DNA of 46,219 bases from Nemertoderma westbladi (GCA_032718475.1 JAUCBJ010001637.1:1-46219); one strand, 5' to 3'; numbered from the stretch's first letter, positions 10,736 through 24,300 are shown. The notes: generated by a model from the letters alone, not told the origin. Made by a program: numbers and translations.

Positions 10736-11717
10736 GTATTAGTTAGATGGGGTATTAGTTAGATTGGGTATTAGTTAGATTGGGTATTAGTTAGATTGGG
10801 TATGGGATAGGTATTAGTTAGATGGGGTATTAGTTAGATTGGGTATGGGATAGGTATTAGTTAGATCGGTATTAGTTAGATGGGGTATTAGTTAGATTGG
10901 GTATTAGTTAGATCGGTATTAGTTAGATCGGTATTAGTTAGATTGGGTATTAGTTAGATCGGTATTAGTTAGATTGGGTATGGGATGGGTATTAGTTAGA
11001 TTGGGTACCGGTATGGGATAGGTATTAGTTAGATCGGTATTAGTTAGATTGGGTATTAATTAGATTGGGTATTAGTTAGATTGGGTATTAGTAGATTGGG
11101 TATTAGTAGATTGGGTATTAGTTAGATTGGGTATTAGTTAGATTGGGTATTAGTTAGATTGGGTATTAGTTAGATTGGGTATGGGAATTGGATGGGTATT
11201 AGTTAGATCGGTATTAGTTAGATTGGGTATTAATTAGATTGGGTATTAGTTAGATTGGGTATTAGTAGATTGGGTATTAGTAGATTGGGTATTAGTTAGA
11301 TTGGGTATTAGTTAGATTGGGTATTAGTTAGATTGGGTATTAGTTAGATTGGGTATGGGAATTGGATGGGTATTAGTTAGATCGGTATTAATTAGATCGG
11401 GTATTAGTTAGATCGGGTATTAGTTAGATTCGGTATTAGTTAGATTGGGTATTAGTTAGATTGGGTATGGGTATATATTAGTTAGATCGGTTTTAATTCG
11501 ATTTGGGTATGGGATGGGTATTAGTTAGATTGGATACCGGTATGGGTATATCGGTATTAGTTAGATTGGTATTAGTTAGATTGGTATTAATTAGATTGGG
11601 TATTAGTTAGATTGGGTATTAGTAGATTGGGTATTAGTAGATTGGGTATTAGTTAGATCGGTATTAATTCGATTTGGGTATGGGATGGGTATTAGTTAGG
11701 ATTGGGTATTAGTTAGA
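10736..11717 (+). repeat. Intron-2 minisatellite, 15-16-bp unit (GGGTATTAGTTAGATT / CGGTATTAGTTAGAT), ~60 copies; degenerate continuation at ~11958-12050
   Basis: Directly visible; begins 4 nt after the exon-2 boundary. Confidence 0.95.
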
Positions 11718-12175
11718 GTCAAGCCCTGGAGGTCTCGTGATTAATAAGGTTATATCACAGTATCACAATGTATTTATACATGGTACAAAGCCAATAAGCA
11801 AGCTACGGTATACACCAATATACTATTAAAGGGTGACCGTTAGCAGTGCAGTACAAGCACTAAATATTTATACATGCAGGGTCTGACAGTACAGTATATC
11901 TGGTAGAATAAAGTAGGTCTAGCTCAGTCTAGGGTCCCCTATAGATCTCGGATCTCCATAGTTAGATTGGGTAATGGGTATGTGTATTAGTTTGGGTATT
12001 ATTTAGATTAGGTCGTAGTTATATCGGGTACTAGTTAGATCGACTAATATAGTTGATTAGTTATTCTAAACTAAACTAAGCCTCAAAAGGTGTATTGACT
12101 ATATTTCACGAATCAACCTTATGCGCAGACTACCTGAAGACCCGAATAATTAATTATATATAACTTGTATTCCAG

Positions 12176-12385
12176 ACCGTTATGAGGATCTACCCATGCA
12201 TGCGTCGTTCCCGTGGGGATGGCAACTGTTTCTTCCGTTCATTTTCCTTCGCTTACTTCGAGCGGCTCATCGGGAATCCGGACCCGGAAGAGTTCGAGAG
12301 ATTCTACGGCGTCATCGAGAAATCACTGGACGAACTGGTCGTGTTGGGATTCCCGAGGTTCACCTGCGAGGACTTCTACTCAACG
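12176..12385 (+). CDS. OTUB1: Otubain coding exon 3 (catalytic Asp/Cys)
   Basis: Acceptor ttgtattccag|, donor ACG|GTGAGT. TVMRIYPCMRRSRGDGNCFFRSFSFAYFE...LGFPRFTCEDFYST matches OTUB1 RKTRPDGNCFYRAF...GFTEFTIEDFHNT. 210 nt, phase 0/0. Confidence 0.95.
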
Positions 12386-15300
12386 GTGAGTTAGTGTAAT
12401 GAGTTCAACTCAACGGTGAGTTAGTGTAAGGACTTCTACTCAACGGTGAGTTAGTGTAAGGAGTTCCAACGGTGAGTTAGTGTAAGGAGTTCTACTCAAC
12501 GGTGAGTTAGTGTAAGGACTTCTACTCAACGGTGAGTTAGTGTAAGGAGTTCAACTCAACGGTGAGTTAGTGTAAGGAGTTTAACTTAACGGTGAGTTAG
12601 TGTAAGGACTTCTACTCAACGGTGAGTTAGTGTAAGGAGTTCTACGCAACGGTGAGTTAGTGTAAGGAGTTCTACTCAACGGTGAGTTAGTGTAAGGAGT
12701 TCTACTCAACGGTGAGTTAGTGTAAAGAGTTATACTCAACGGTGAGTTAGTGTAAGGAGTTCAACTCAACGGTGAGTTAGTGTAAGGAGTTCTACTCAAC
12801 GGTGAGTTAGTGTAAGGAGTTCAACTTAACGGTGAGTTAGTGTAAGGAGTTCAACTCAACGGTGAGTTAGTGTAAGGAGTTCAACTCAACGGTGAGTTAG
12901 TGTAAAGAGTTATACTCAACGGTAAGTTAGTGTAAGGAGTTCTACTTAACGGTGAGTTAGTGTAAGAACTTCTACTCAACGGTGAGTTAGTGTAAGGAGA
13001 AACTCAACGGTGAGTTACTGTAAGGAGTACTACTCAAACGGTGAGTTAGTGTAAGAACTTATACTCAACGGTGAGTTAGTGTAAGGAGTTCTACTCAACG
13101 GTGAGTTAGTGTAAAGAGTTCTACTAAACGGTGAGTTAGTGTAAGGAGTTCTACTCACGGTGAGTTAGTGTATGGAGTTCTACTCAACGGTGAGTTAGTG
13201 TAAAGAGTTCTACTAAACGGTGAGTTAGTGTAAGGAGTTCTACTCACGGTGAGTTAGTGTATGGAGTTCTACTTAACGGTGAGTTAGTGTAAGGAGTTCT
13301 ACTCAACGGTGAGTTACTGTAAGGACTTCTACTCAACGGTGAGTTAGTGTAAGAACTTATACTCAACGGTGAGTTAGTGTAAAGAGTTCTACTAAACGGC
13401 GAGTTAGTGTAAGGAGTTCTACTCACGGTGAGTTAGTGTATGGAGTTCTACTTAACGGTGAGTTAGTGTAAGGAGTTCTACTCAACGGTGAGTTAGTGTA
13501 GGGAGTTCTACTCAACGGTGAGTTAGTGTAAGGAGTTCTACTCAACGGTGAGTTAGTGTAAGAACTTCTACTCAACGGTGAGTTAGTGTAAGGAGTTCTA
13601 CTAAACGGTGAGTTAGTGTAAGGAGTTCTACTCAACGGTGAGTTAGTGTAAGGAGTTCTACTCAACGGTGAGTTAGTGTAAGAACTTCTACTCAACGGTG
13701 AGTTAGTGTAAGGAGTTCTACTAAACGGTGAGTTAGTGTAAGGAGTTCTACTCACGGTGAGTTAGTGTATGGAGTTCTACTTAACGGTGAGTTAGTGTAA
13801 GGAGTTCTACTCAACGGTGAGTTAGTGTAAGGAGTTCTACTTAACGGTGAGTTAGTGTAAGGAGTTTTACTCGACGGTGAGTTAGTGTAAGGAGTTCTAC
13901 TTAACGGTGAGTTAGTGTAAGGAGTTCTACTCGACGGTGAGTTAGTGTAAGGAGTTCTACTTAACGGTGAGTTAGTATAAGGAGTTCTACTCAACGGTGA
14001 GTTAGTGTAAGGAGTTTAACTCAACGGTGAGTTAGTGTAAGGAGTTCTACTCAACGGTGAGTTAGTGTAAGGAGTTCAACTCAACGGTGAGTTAGTGTAA
14101 GGAGTTCTACTCACGGTGAGTTAGTGTAAGGAGTTCTACTCAACGATGAGAAGGACTTCTACTCAACGGTGAATTAGTGTAAGGAGTTCTACTCAACGGT
14201 GAGTTAGTGTAAGGAGTTCTACTCAACGGTGAGTTAGTGTAGGAATTCTCCTAAATGGTGAGGTAAGGAGTTCTACTCGAGGGTGAGTTAGTGTAAGGAC
14301 TTCTACTCAACGGTGAGTTAGTGTAAGAACTTCTACTCAACGGTGAGTTAGTGTAAGGAGTTCTACTCAACGGTGAGTTAGTATATTAATTCTACTTAAC
14401 GGTGAGTTAGTGTAAGGAGTTTTACTCAACGGTGAGTTAGTGTAAGGAGTTCTACTCAAAGGTGAGTTAGTGTAGGAATTCTACTCAACGGTGAGTTAGT
14501 GTAAGGACTTCTACTCAACGGTGAGTTAGTGTAAGAACTTCTACTCAACGGTGAGTTAGTGTAAGGAGTTCAACTCAACGGTGAGTTAGTGTAAGGAGTT
14601 CTACTCAAAGGTGAGTTAGTGTGGTGAGTTATTGTAAGGAGTTCTACTCAACGGTGAGTTAGTGTAAGGACTTCTACTCAACGGTGAGTTAGTGTAAGGA
14701 GTTCTACTCAACGGTGAGTTAGTGTAAGGACTTCTACTCAACGGTGAGTTAGTGTAAGGAGTTCTACTCAACGGTGAGTTAGTTTAAGGAGTTCTACTCA
14801 ACGGTGAGTTAGTGTAAGGAGTTCTACTCAACAATGACTTTGTGTAAGGAGTTCTACTCAACGGTGAGTTAGTGTAAGGAATTCTGCTCAACGGTGAGTT
14901 AGTGTAAAGAGTTCTACTTAACGGTGAGTTAGTGTAAGGAGTTCTACTCAACGGTGCGTTAGTGTAAGGAATTCTACTCAACGGTGAGTTAGTGTAAGGA
15001 GTTATACTCAACGGTGAGTTAGTGTAAGGAGTTCTAAACAACGGTGAGTTAGTGTAAGGAGTTCCAACGGTGAATTAGTGTAAGGAGTTCTACTCAACGG
15101 TGAGTTAATGTAAAGAGTTCTACTCAACGGTGAGTTAGTGTAAGGAGTTCTACTCAACGGTGAGTTAATGTAAGGAGTTCTACTCAACGGTGAGTTAGTG
15201 TAAGGAGTTATACTCAACGGTGAGTTAGTGTAAGGAGTTCTAAACAACGGTGAGTTAGTGTAAGGAGTTCCAACGGTGAATTAGTGTAAGGAGTTCTACT

Positions 15301-18300
15301 CAACGGTGAGTTAATGTAAAGAGTTCTACTCAACGGTGAGTTAGTGTAAGGAGTTCTACTCAACGGTGAGTTAATGTAAGGAGTTCTACTCAACGGTGAG
15401 TTAGTGTAAGGAGTTCTACTCAACGATGAGTTAATGTAAAGAGTTCTACTCAACGGTGAGTTAGTGTAAGGAGTTCTACTCAACGGTGAGTTAATGTAAG
15501 GAGTTCTACTCAACGGTGAGTTAGTGTAAGAACTTCTACTCAACGGTGAGTTAATGTAAGGAGTTCCAACGGTGAGTTATTGTATGGAGTTCTACTCAAC
15601 GGTGAGTTAGTATAAGGACTTCTAATCAACGGTGAGTTAGTGTAAGGAGTTCTACTCAACGATGAGAAGGACTTCTACTCAACGGTGAATTAGTGTAAGG
15701 AGTTCTACTCAACGGTGAGTTAATGTAAAGAGTTCTACTCAACGGTGAGTTAGTGTAAGGAGTTCTACTCAACGGTGAGTTAATGTAAGGAGTTCTACTC
15801 AACGGTGAGTTAGTGTAAGAACTTCTACTCAACGGTGAGTTAATGTAAGGAGTTCCAACGGTGAGTTATTGTATGGAGTTCTACTCAACGGTTTGTTAGT
15901 ATAAGGACTTCTAATCAACGGTGAGTTAGTGTAAGGAGTTCTACTCAACGATGAGAAGGACTTCTACTCAACGGTGAATTAGTGTAAGGAGTTCTACTCA
16001 ACGGTGAGTTAATGTAAAGAGTTCTACTCAACGGTGAGTTAGTGTAAGGAGTTCTACTCAACGGTGAGTTAATGTAAGGAGTTCTACTCAACGGTGAGTT
16101 AGTGTAAGAACTTCTACTCAACGGTGAGTTAATGTAAGGAGTTCCAACGGTGAGTTATTGTATGGAGTTCTACTCAACGGTGAGTTAGTATAAGGACTTC
16201 TAATCAACGGTGAGTTAGTGTAAGGAGTTCTACTCAACGATGAGAAGGACTTCTACTCAACGGTGAATTAGTGTAAGGAGTTCTACTCAACGGTGAGTTA
16301 ATGTAAAGAGTTCTACTCAACGGTGAGTTAGTGTAAGAACTTCTACTCAACGGTGAGTTAATGTAAGGAGTTCTACTCAACGGTGAGTTAGTGTAAGAAC
16401 TTCTACTCAACGGTGAGTTAATGTAAGGAGTTCCAACGGTGAGTTATTGTATGGAGTTCTACTCAACGGTGAGTTAGTATAAGGACTTCTAATCAACGGT
16501 GAGTTAGTGTAAGGAGTTCTACTCAACGATGAGAAGGACTTCTACTCAACGGTGAATTAGTGTAAGGAGTTCTACTCAACGGTGAGTTAATGTAAAGAGT
16601 TCTACTCAACGGTGAGTTAGTGTAAGAACTTCTACTCAACGGTGAGTTAATGTAAGGAGTTCTACTCAACGGTGAGTTAGTGTAAGAACTTCTACTCAAC
16701 GGTGAGTTAATGTAAGGAGTTCTACTCAACGGTGGATTAGTGTAAGGACTTCTACTCAACGGTGAGTTAATGTAAGGAGTTCCAACGATGAGTTAATGTA
16801 AGGAGTTCCAACGGTGAGTTAATGTAAGGAGTTCAACTCAACGGTGAGTTAGTGTAAGGAGTTCCAACGGTGAGTTAATGTAAGGAGTTCTACTCAACGG
16901 TGAGTTAATGTAAGGAGTTCCAACGGTGAGTTAGTGTAAGGAGTTCAACTCAACGGTGAGTTAGTGTAAGGAGTTCTACTCAACGGTGAGTTAGTGTATG
17001 GAGTTCTACTCAACGGTGAGTTAGTGTAAGAACTTCTACTCAACGGTGAGTTAATGTAAGGAGTTCCAACGGTGAGTTAATGTAAGGAGTTCTACTCAAC
17101 GGTGAGTTAGTGTAAGAACTTCTACTCAACGGTGAGTTAATGTAAGGAGTTCCAACGGTGAGTTAATGTAAGGAGTTCTACTCAACGGTGAGTTAGTGTA
17201 AGGAGTTCCAACGGTGAGTTAATGTAAGGAGTTCTACTCAACGGTGAGTTAATGTAAAGAGTTCTACTCAACGGTGAGTTAGTGTAAGAACTTCTACTCA
17301 ACGGTGAGTTAATATAAGGAGTTCTACTCAACGGTGAGTTAGTGTAAGGAGTTCCAACGGTGAGTTAATGTAAGGAGTTCTACTCAACGGTGAGTTAATG
17401 TAAGGAGTTCCAACGATGAGTTAATGTAAGGAGTTCCAACGGTGAGTTAATGTAAGGAGTTCAACTCAACGGTGAGTTACTGTAAGGAGTTCTACTCAAC
17501 GGTGAGTTAATGTAAGGAGTTCTACTCAACGGTGAGTTAGTGTAAGAACTTCTACTCAACGGTGAGTTAATGTAAGGAGTTCCAACGGTGAGTTAATGTA
17601 AGGAGTTCTACTCAACGGTGAGTTAGTGTACGAACTTCTACTCAACGGTGAGTTAATGTAAGGAGTTCCAACGGTGAGTTAATGTAAGGAGTTCTACTCA
17701 ACGGTGAGTTAGTGTAAGGAGTTCCAACGGTGAGTTAATGTAAGGAGTTCTACTCAACGGTGAGTTAATGTAAAGAGTTCTACTCAACGGTGAGTTAGTG
17801 TAAGAACTTCTACTCAACGGTGAGTTAATATAAGGAGTTCTACTCAACGGTGAGTTAGTGTAAGGAGTTCCAACGGTGAGTTAATGTAAGGAGTTCTACT
17901 CAACGGTGAGTTAATGTAAGGAGTTCCAACGATGAGTTAATGTAAGGAGTTCCAACGGTGAGTTAATGTAAGGAGTTCAACTCAACGGTGAGTTAGTGTA
18001 AGGAGTTCTACTCAACGGTGAGTTAATGTAAGGAGTTCCAACGGTGAGTTAGTGTAAGGAGTTCAACTCAACGGTGAGTTACTGTAAGGAGTTCTACTCA
18101 ACGGTGAGTTAATGTAAGGAGTTCTACTCAACGGTGAGTTAGTGTAAGGAGTTCAACTCAACGGTGAGTTACTGTAAGGAGTTCTACTCAACGGTGAGTT
18201 AATGTAAGGAGTTCTACTCAACGGTGAGTTAGTGTAAGAACTTCTACTCAACGGTGAGTTAATGTAAGGAGTTCCAACGGTGAGTTAGTGTAAGGAGTTC

Positions 18301-21300
18301 AACTCAACGGTGAGTTACTGTAAGGAGTTCTACTCAACGGTGAGTTAATGTAAGGAGTTCTACTCAACGGTGAGTTAGTGTAAGGAGTTCAACTCAACGG
18401 TGAGTTACTGTAAGGAGTTCTACTCAACGGTGAGTTAATGTAAGGAGTTCAACTCAACGGTGAGTTAGTGTAAGGAGTTCTACTCAACGGTGAGTTAATG
18501 TAAGGAGTTCCAACGGTGAGTTAGTGTAAGGAGTTCAACTCAACGGTGAGTTACTGTAAGGAGTTCTACTCAACGGTGAGTTAATGTAAGGAGTTCTACT
18601 CAACGGTGAGTTAGTGTAAGAACTTCTACTCAACGGTGAGTTAATGTAAGGAGTTCCAACGGTGAGTTAATGTAAGGAGTTCCAACGGTGAGTTAATGTA
18701 AGGAGTTCCAACGGTGAGTTAATGTAAGGAGTTCTACTCAACGGTGAGTTAGTGTAAGAACTTCTACTCAACGGTGAGTTAATGTAAGGAGTTCTACTCA
18801 ACGGTGAGTTAGTGTAAGGAGTTCCAACGGTGAGTTAATGTAAGGAGTTCTACTCAACGGTGAGTTAATGTAAAGAGTTCTACTCAACGGTGAGTTAGTG
18901 TAAGAACTTCTACTCAACGGTGAGTTAATATAAGGAGTTCTACTCAACGGTGAGTTAGTGTAAGAACTTCTACTCAACGGTGAGTTAATGTAAGGAGTTC
19001 CAACGGTGAGTTAATGTAAGGAGTTCTACTCAACGGTGAGTTAGTGTAAGAACTTCTACTCAACGGTGAGTTAATGTAAGGAGTTCCAACGGTGAGTTAA
19101 TGTAAGGAGTTCTACTCAACGGTGAGTTAGTGTAAGAACTTCTACTCAACGGTGAGTTAATGTAAGGAGTTCCAACGGTGAATTAATGTAAGGAGTTCTA
19201 CTCAACGGTGAGTTAGTGTAAGAACTTCTACTCAACGGTGAGTTAATGTAAGGAGTTCTACTCAACGGTGAGTTAGTGTAAGAACTTCTACTCAACGGTG
19301 AGTTAATGTAAGGAGTTCCAACGGTGAGTTAATGTAAGGAGTTCTACTCAACGGTGAGTTACTGTAAGAACTTCTACTCAACGGTGAGTTACTGTAAGGA
19401 GTTCTACTCAACGGTGAGTTAGTGTAAGAACTTCTACTCAACGGTGAGTTAATGTAAGGAGTTCCAACGGTGAGTTATTGTATGGAGTTCTACTCAACGG
19501 TGAGTTAGTATAAGGACTTCTAATCAACGGTGAGTTAGTGTAAGGAGTTCTACTCAACGATGAGAAGGACTTCTACTCAACGGTGAAATAGTGTAAGGAG
19601 TTCTACTCAACGGTGAGTTAATGTAAAGAGTTCTACTCAACGGTGAGTTAGTGTAAGAACTTCTACTCAACGGTGAGTTAATGTAAAGAGTTCTACTCAA
19701 CGGTGAGTTAGTGTAAGAACTTCTACTCAACGGTGAGTTAATGTAAGGAGTTCTACTCAACGGTGAGTTAATGTAAGGAGTTCTACTCAACGGTGAGTTA
19801 ATGTAAGGAGTTCTACTCGTGAGTTAATGTAAGGAGTTCCAACGGTGAGTTAGTGTAAGGAGTTATACTTAACGGTGAGTTCGTGTAAGGACTTCTACTC
19901 AACGGTGAATTAGTGTAAGGAGTTCTACTCAACGGTGAGTTAGTGTAAGGAGTTCAACTCAACGGTGAGTTAGTGTAATGAGTTCAACGTAACGGTGAGT
20001 TAGTGTAAGGACTTCTACTCAACGGTGAGTTAGTGTAAGGAGTTCTACTAAACGGTGAGTTAGTATAAGAACTTCTACTCAACGGTGAGTTAGTGTAAGG
20101 AGTTCTACTCAACGGTGAGTTAGTGTAAGGAGTTCAACTTAACGGTGAGTTAGTGTAAGGACTTCTACTCAACGGTGAGTTAGTGTAAGGAGTTCTACTA
20201 AACGGTGAGTTAGTATAAGAACTTCTACTCAACGGTGAGTTAGTGTAAGGAGTTCTACTCAACGGTGAGTTAGTGTAAGGAGTTCAACTCAACGGTGAGT
20301 TAGTGTAAGGAGTTCAACTTAACGGTGAGTTAGTGTAAGGACTTCTACTCAACGGTGAGTTAGTGTAAGGAGTTCTACTAAACGGTGAGTTAGTGTAAGG
20401 AGTTCAACTCAACGGTGAGTTAGTGTAAGGAGTTCTACTCAACGGTGAGTTAGTGTAAGGAGTTCAACTCAACGGTGAGTTAGTGTAAGGACTTCTACTC
20501 AACGGTGAGTTAGTGTAAGGAGTTATACTCAACGGTGAGTTAGTGTAAGGACTTCTACTCAACGGTGAGATAGTGTAAGGAGTTCTACTCAACGGTGAGT
20601 TAATGTAAGGAGTTCTACACAACGGTGAGTTAGTGTAAGGAGTTCTACTCAACGGTGAGTTAGTGTAAGGAGTTCTACTCAACGGTGAGTTAGTGTAAGG
20701 AGTTCTACTCAACGGTGAGTTAGTGTAAGGAGTTCTACTCAACGGTGAGTTAATGTAAGGAGTTCCAACGGTGAGTTAGTGTAAGGAGTTCTACTCAACG
20801 GTGAGTTAGTGTAAGGAGTTCAACTCAACGGTGAGTTAATGTAAGGAGTTCTACTCAACGGTGAGTTGGTGTAAGGAGTTCTACTCAACGGTGAGTTAGT
20901 GTAAGGAGTTCTACTCAACGGTGAGTTAATGTAAGGAGTTCCAACGGTGAGTTAGTGTAAGGAGTTCTACTCAACGGTGAGTTAGTGTAAGGAGTGCAAC
21001 TCAACGGTGAGTTAGTGTAAGGACTTCTACTCAACGGTGAGTTAGTGTAAGGAGTTCTACTCAACGGTGAGTTAGTGTAAGGAGTTCTACTTAACGGTGA
21101 GTTAGTGTAAGGATTTCTACTCAACGGTGAGTTAGTGTAAGGAGTTCAACTTAACGGTGAGTTAGTGTAAGGACTTCTACTCAACGGTGAGTTAATGTAA
21201 GGAGTTCAACTCAACGGTGAGTTAGTGTAAGGAGTTCTACTCAACGGTGAGTTAGTGTACGGACTTCTACTCAACGGTGAGTTAGTGTAAGGAGTTCAAC

Positions 21301-24300
21301 TCAACGGTGAGTTAGTGTAAGGAGTTCAACTTAACGGTGAGTTAGTGTAAGGAGTTCAACTTAACGGTGAGTTAGTGTAAGGTGTTCAACTCAACGATGA
21401 GTTAATGTAAGGAGTTCCAACTGTGAGTTAGTGTAAGGACTTCTACTCAACGGTGAGTTAGTGTAAGGAGTTCTACTCAACGGTGAGTTAGTGTACGGAC
21501 TTCTACTCAACGGTGAGTTAGTGTAAGGAGTTCTACTCAACGGTGAGTTAGTGTACGGACTTCTACTCAACGGTGAGTTAGTGTAAGGAGTTCAACTCAA
21601 CGGTGAGTTAGTGTAAGGAGTTCAACTTAACGGTGAGTTAGTGTAAGGAGTTCAACTTAACGGTGAGTTAGTGTAAGGAGTTCTACTCAACAGTGAGTTA
21701 ATGTAAGGAGTTATACTCAACGGTGAGTTAGTGTAAGGAGTTCTACTCAACGGTGAGTTAGTGTAAGGAGTTCCAACGGTGAGTTAGTGTAAGGAGTTCA
21801 ACTCAACGGCGAGTTAGTGTAAGGAGTTCAACTCAACGGTGAGTTAATGTAAGGAGTTCCAACGGTGAGTTAGTGTAAGGACTTCTACTCAACGGTGAGT
21901 TAGTGTAAGGAGTTCTACTCAACGGTGAGTTAGTGTAAGGAGTTCTACTCAACGGTGAGTTAGTGTAAGGAGTTCAACTCAACGGTGAGTTAGTGTAAGG
22001 ACTTCTACTCAACGGTGAGTTCGTGTAAGGAGTTCTACTCAACGGTGAGTTAGTGTACGGACTTCTACTCAACGGTGAGTTAGTGTAAGGAGTTCTACTC
22101 AACGGTGAGTTAGTGTACGGACTTCTACTCAACGGTGAGTTAGTGTAAGGAGTTCAACTCAACGGTGAGTTAGTGTAAGGAGTTCAACTTAACGGTGAGT
22201 TAGTGTAAGGAGTTCAACTTAACGGTGAGTTAGTGTAAGGAGTTCTACTCAACAGTGAGTTAATGTAAGGAGTTATACTCAACGGTGAGTTAGTGTAAGG
22301 AGTTCTACTCAACGGTGAGTTAGTGTAAGGAGTTCAACTCAACGGTGAGTTAATGTAAGGAGTTCCAACGGTGAGTTAGTGTAAGGACTTCTACTCAACG
22401 GTGAGTTAGTGTAAGGAGTTCTACTCAACGGTGAGTTAGTGTAAGGAGTTCTACTCAACGGTGAGTTAGTGTAAGGAGTTCAACTCAACGGTGAGTTAGT
22501 GTAAGGAGTTCTACTCAACGGTGAGTTAGTGTAAGGAGTTCAACTCAACGGTGAGTTAATGTAAGGAGTTCCAACGGTGAGTTAGTGTAAGGACTTCTAC
22601 TCAACGGTGAGTTAGTGTAAGGAGTTCTACTCAACGGTGAGTTAGTGTAAGGAGTTCTACTCAACGGTGAGTTAGTGTAAGGAGTTCAACTCAACGGTGA
22701 GTTAGTGTAAGGACTTCTACTCAACGGTGAGTTAATGTAAGGAGTTCCAACGGTGAGTTAGTGTAAGGACTTCTACTCAACGGTGAGTTAGTGTAAGGAG
22801 TTCTACTCAACGGTGAGTTAGTGTAAGAAGTTCTACTTAACGGTGAGTTAGTGTAAGGAGTTCTACTCAACGGTGAGTTAGTGTAAGGAGTTCCAACGGT
22901 GAGTTAGTGTAAGGAGTTATACTCAACGGTGAGTTAGTGTAAGAACTTCTACTCAACGGTGAGTTAATGTAAGGAGTTCCAACGGTGAGTTAGTGTAAGG
23001 AGTTCCAACGGTGAGTTACTGTAAGGAGTTCAACTTAACGGTGAGTTAGTGTAAGGAGTTCCAACGGTGAGTTAGTGTAAGGAGTTCTACTCAACGGTGA
23101 GTTAGTGTAAGGAGTTCTACTCAACGGTGAGTTAGTGTAAGGAGTTCCAACGGTGAGTTAGTGTAAGGAGTTATACTCAACGGTGAGTTAGTGTAAGAAC
23201 TTCTACTCAACGGTGAGTTAATGTAAGGAGTTCCAACGGTGAGTTAGTGTAAGAAGTTCCAACGGTGAGTTACTGTAAGGAGTTCAACTTAACGGTGAGT
23301 TAGTGTAAGGAGTTCTACTCACGGTGAGTTAGTGTATGGAGTTCAACTTAACGGTGAGTTAGTGTAAGGTGTTCAACTCAACGATGAGTTAGTGTAAGGA
23401 CTTCTACTCAACGGTGAGTTAATGTAAGGAGTTCCAACGGTGAGTTAGTGTAAGGACTTCTACTCAACGGTGAGTTAGTGTAAGGAGTTCTACTCAACGG
23501 TGAGTTAGTGTAAGAAGTTCTACTTAACGGTGAGTTAGTGTAAGGAGTTCTACTCAACGGTGAGTTAGTGTAAGGAGTTCCAACGGTGAGTTAGTGTAAG
23601 GAGTTATACTCAACGGTGAGTTAGTGTAAGAACTTCTACTCAACGGTGAGTTAATGTAAGGAGTTCCAACGGTGAGTTAGTGTAAGGAGTTCCAACGGTG
23701 AGTTACTGTAAGGAGTTCAACTTAACGGTGAGTTAGTGTAAGGAGTTCCAACGGTGAGTTAGTGTAAGGAGTTCTACTCAACGGTGAGTTAGTGTAAGGA
23801 GTTCTACTCAACGGTGAGTTAGTGTAAGGAGTTCCAACGGTGAGTTAGTGTAAGGAGTTATACTCAACGGTGAGTTAGTGTAAGAACTTCTACTCAACGG
23901 TGAGTTAATGTAAGGAGTTCCGACGGTGAGTTAGTGTAAGGAGTTCCAACGGTGAGTTACTGTAAGGAGTTCAACTTAACGGTGAGTTAGTGTAAGGAGT
24001 TCTACTCACGGTGAGTTAGTGTATGGAGTTCAACTTAACGGTGAGTTAGTGTAAGGTGTTCAACTCAACGATGAGTTAATGTAAGGAGTTCCAACGGTGA
24101 GTTAGTGTAAGGAGTTCTACTCAACGGTGAGTTAGTGTAAGGAGTTCTACTCAACGGTGAGTTAGTGTAAGGAGTTCCAACGGTGAGTTAGTGTAAGGAG
24201 TTCTACTCAACGATGAGTTACTGTAAGGAGTTCAACTCAACGGTGAGTTAGTGTAAGGAGTTCTACTCAACGGTGAGTTAATGTAAGGCGTTCCAACGGT

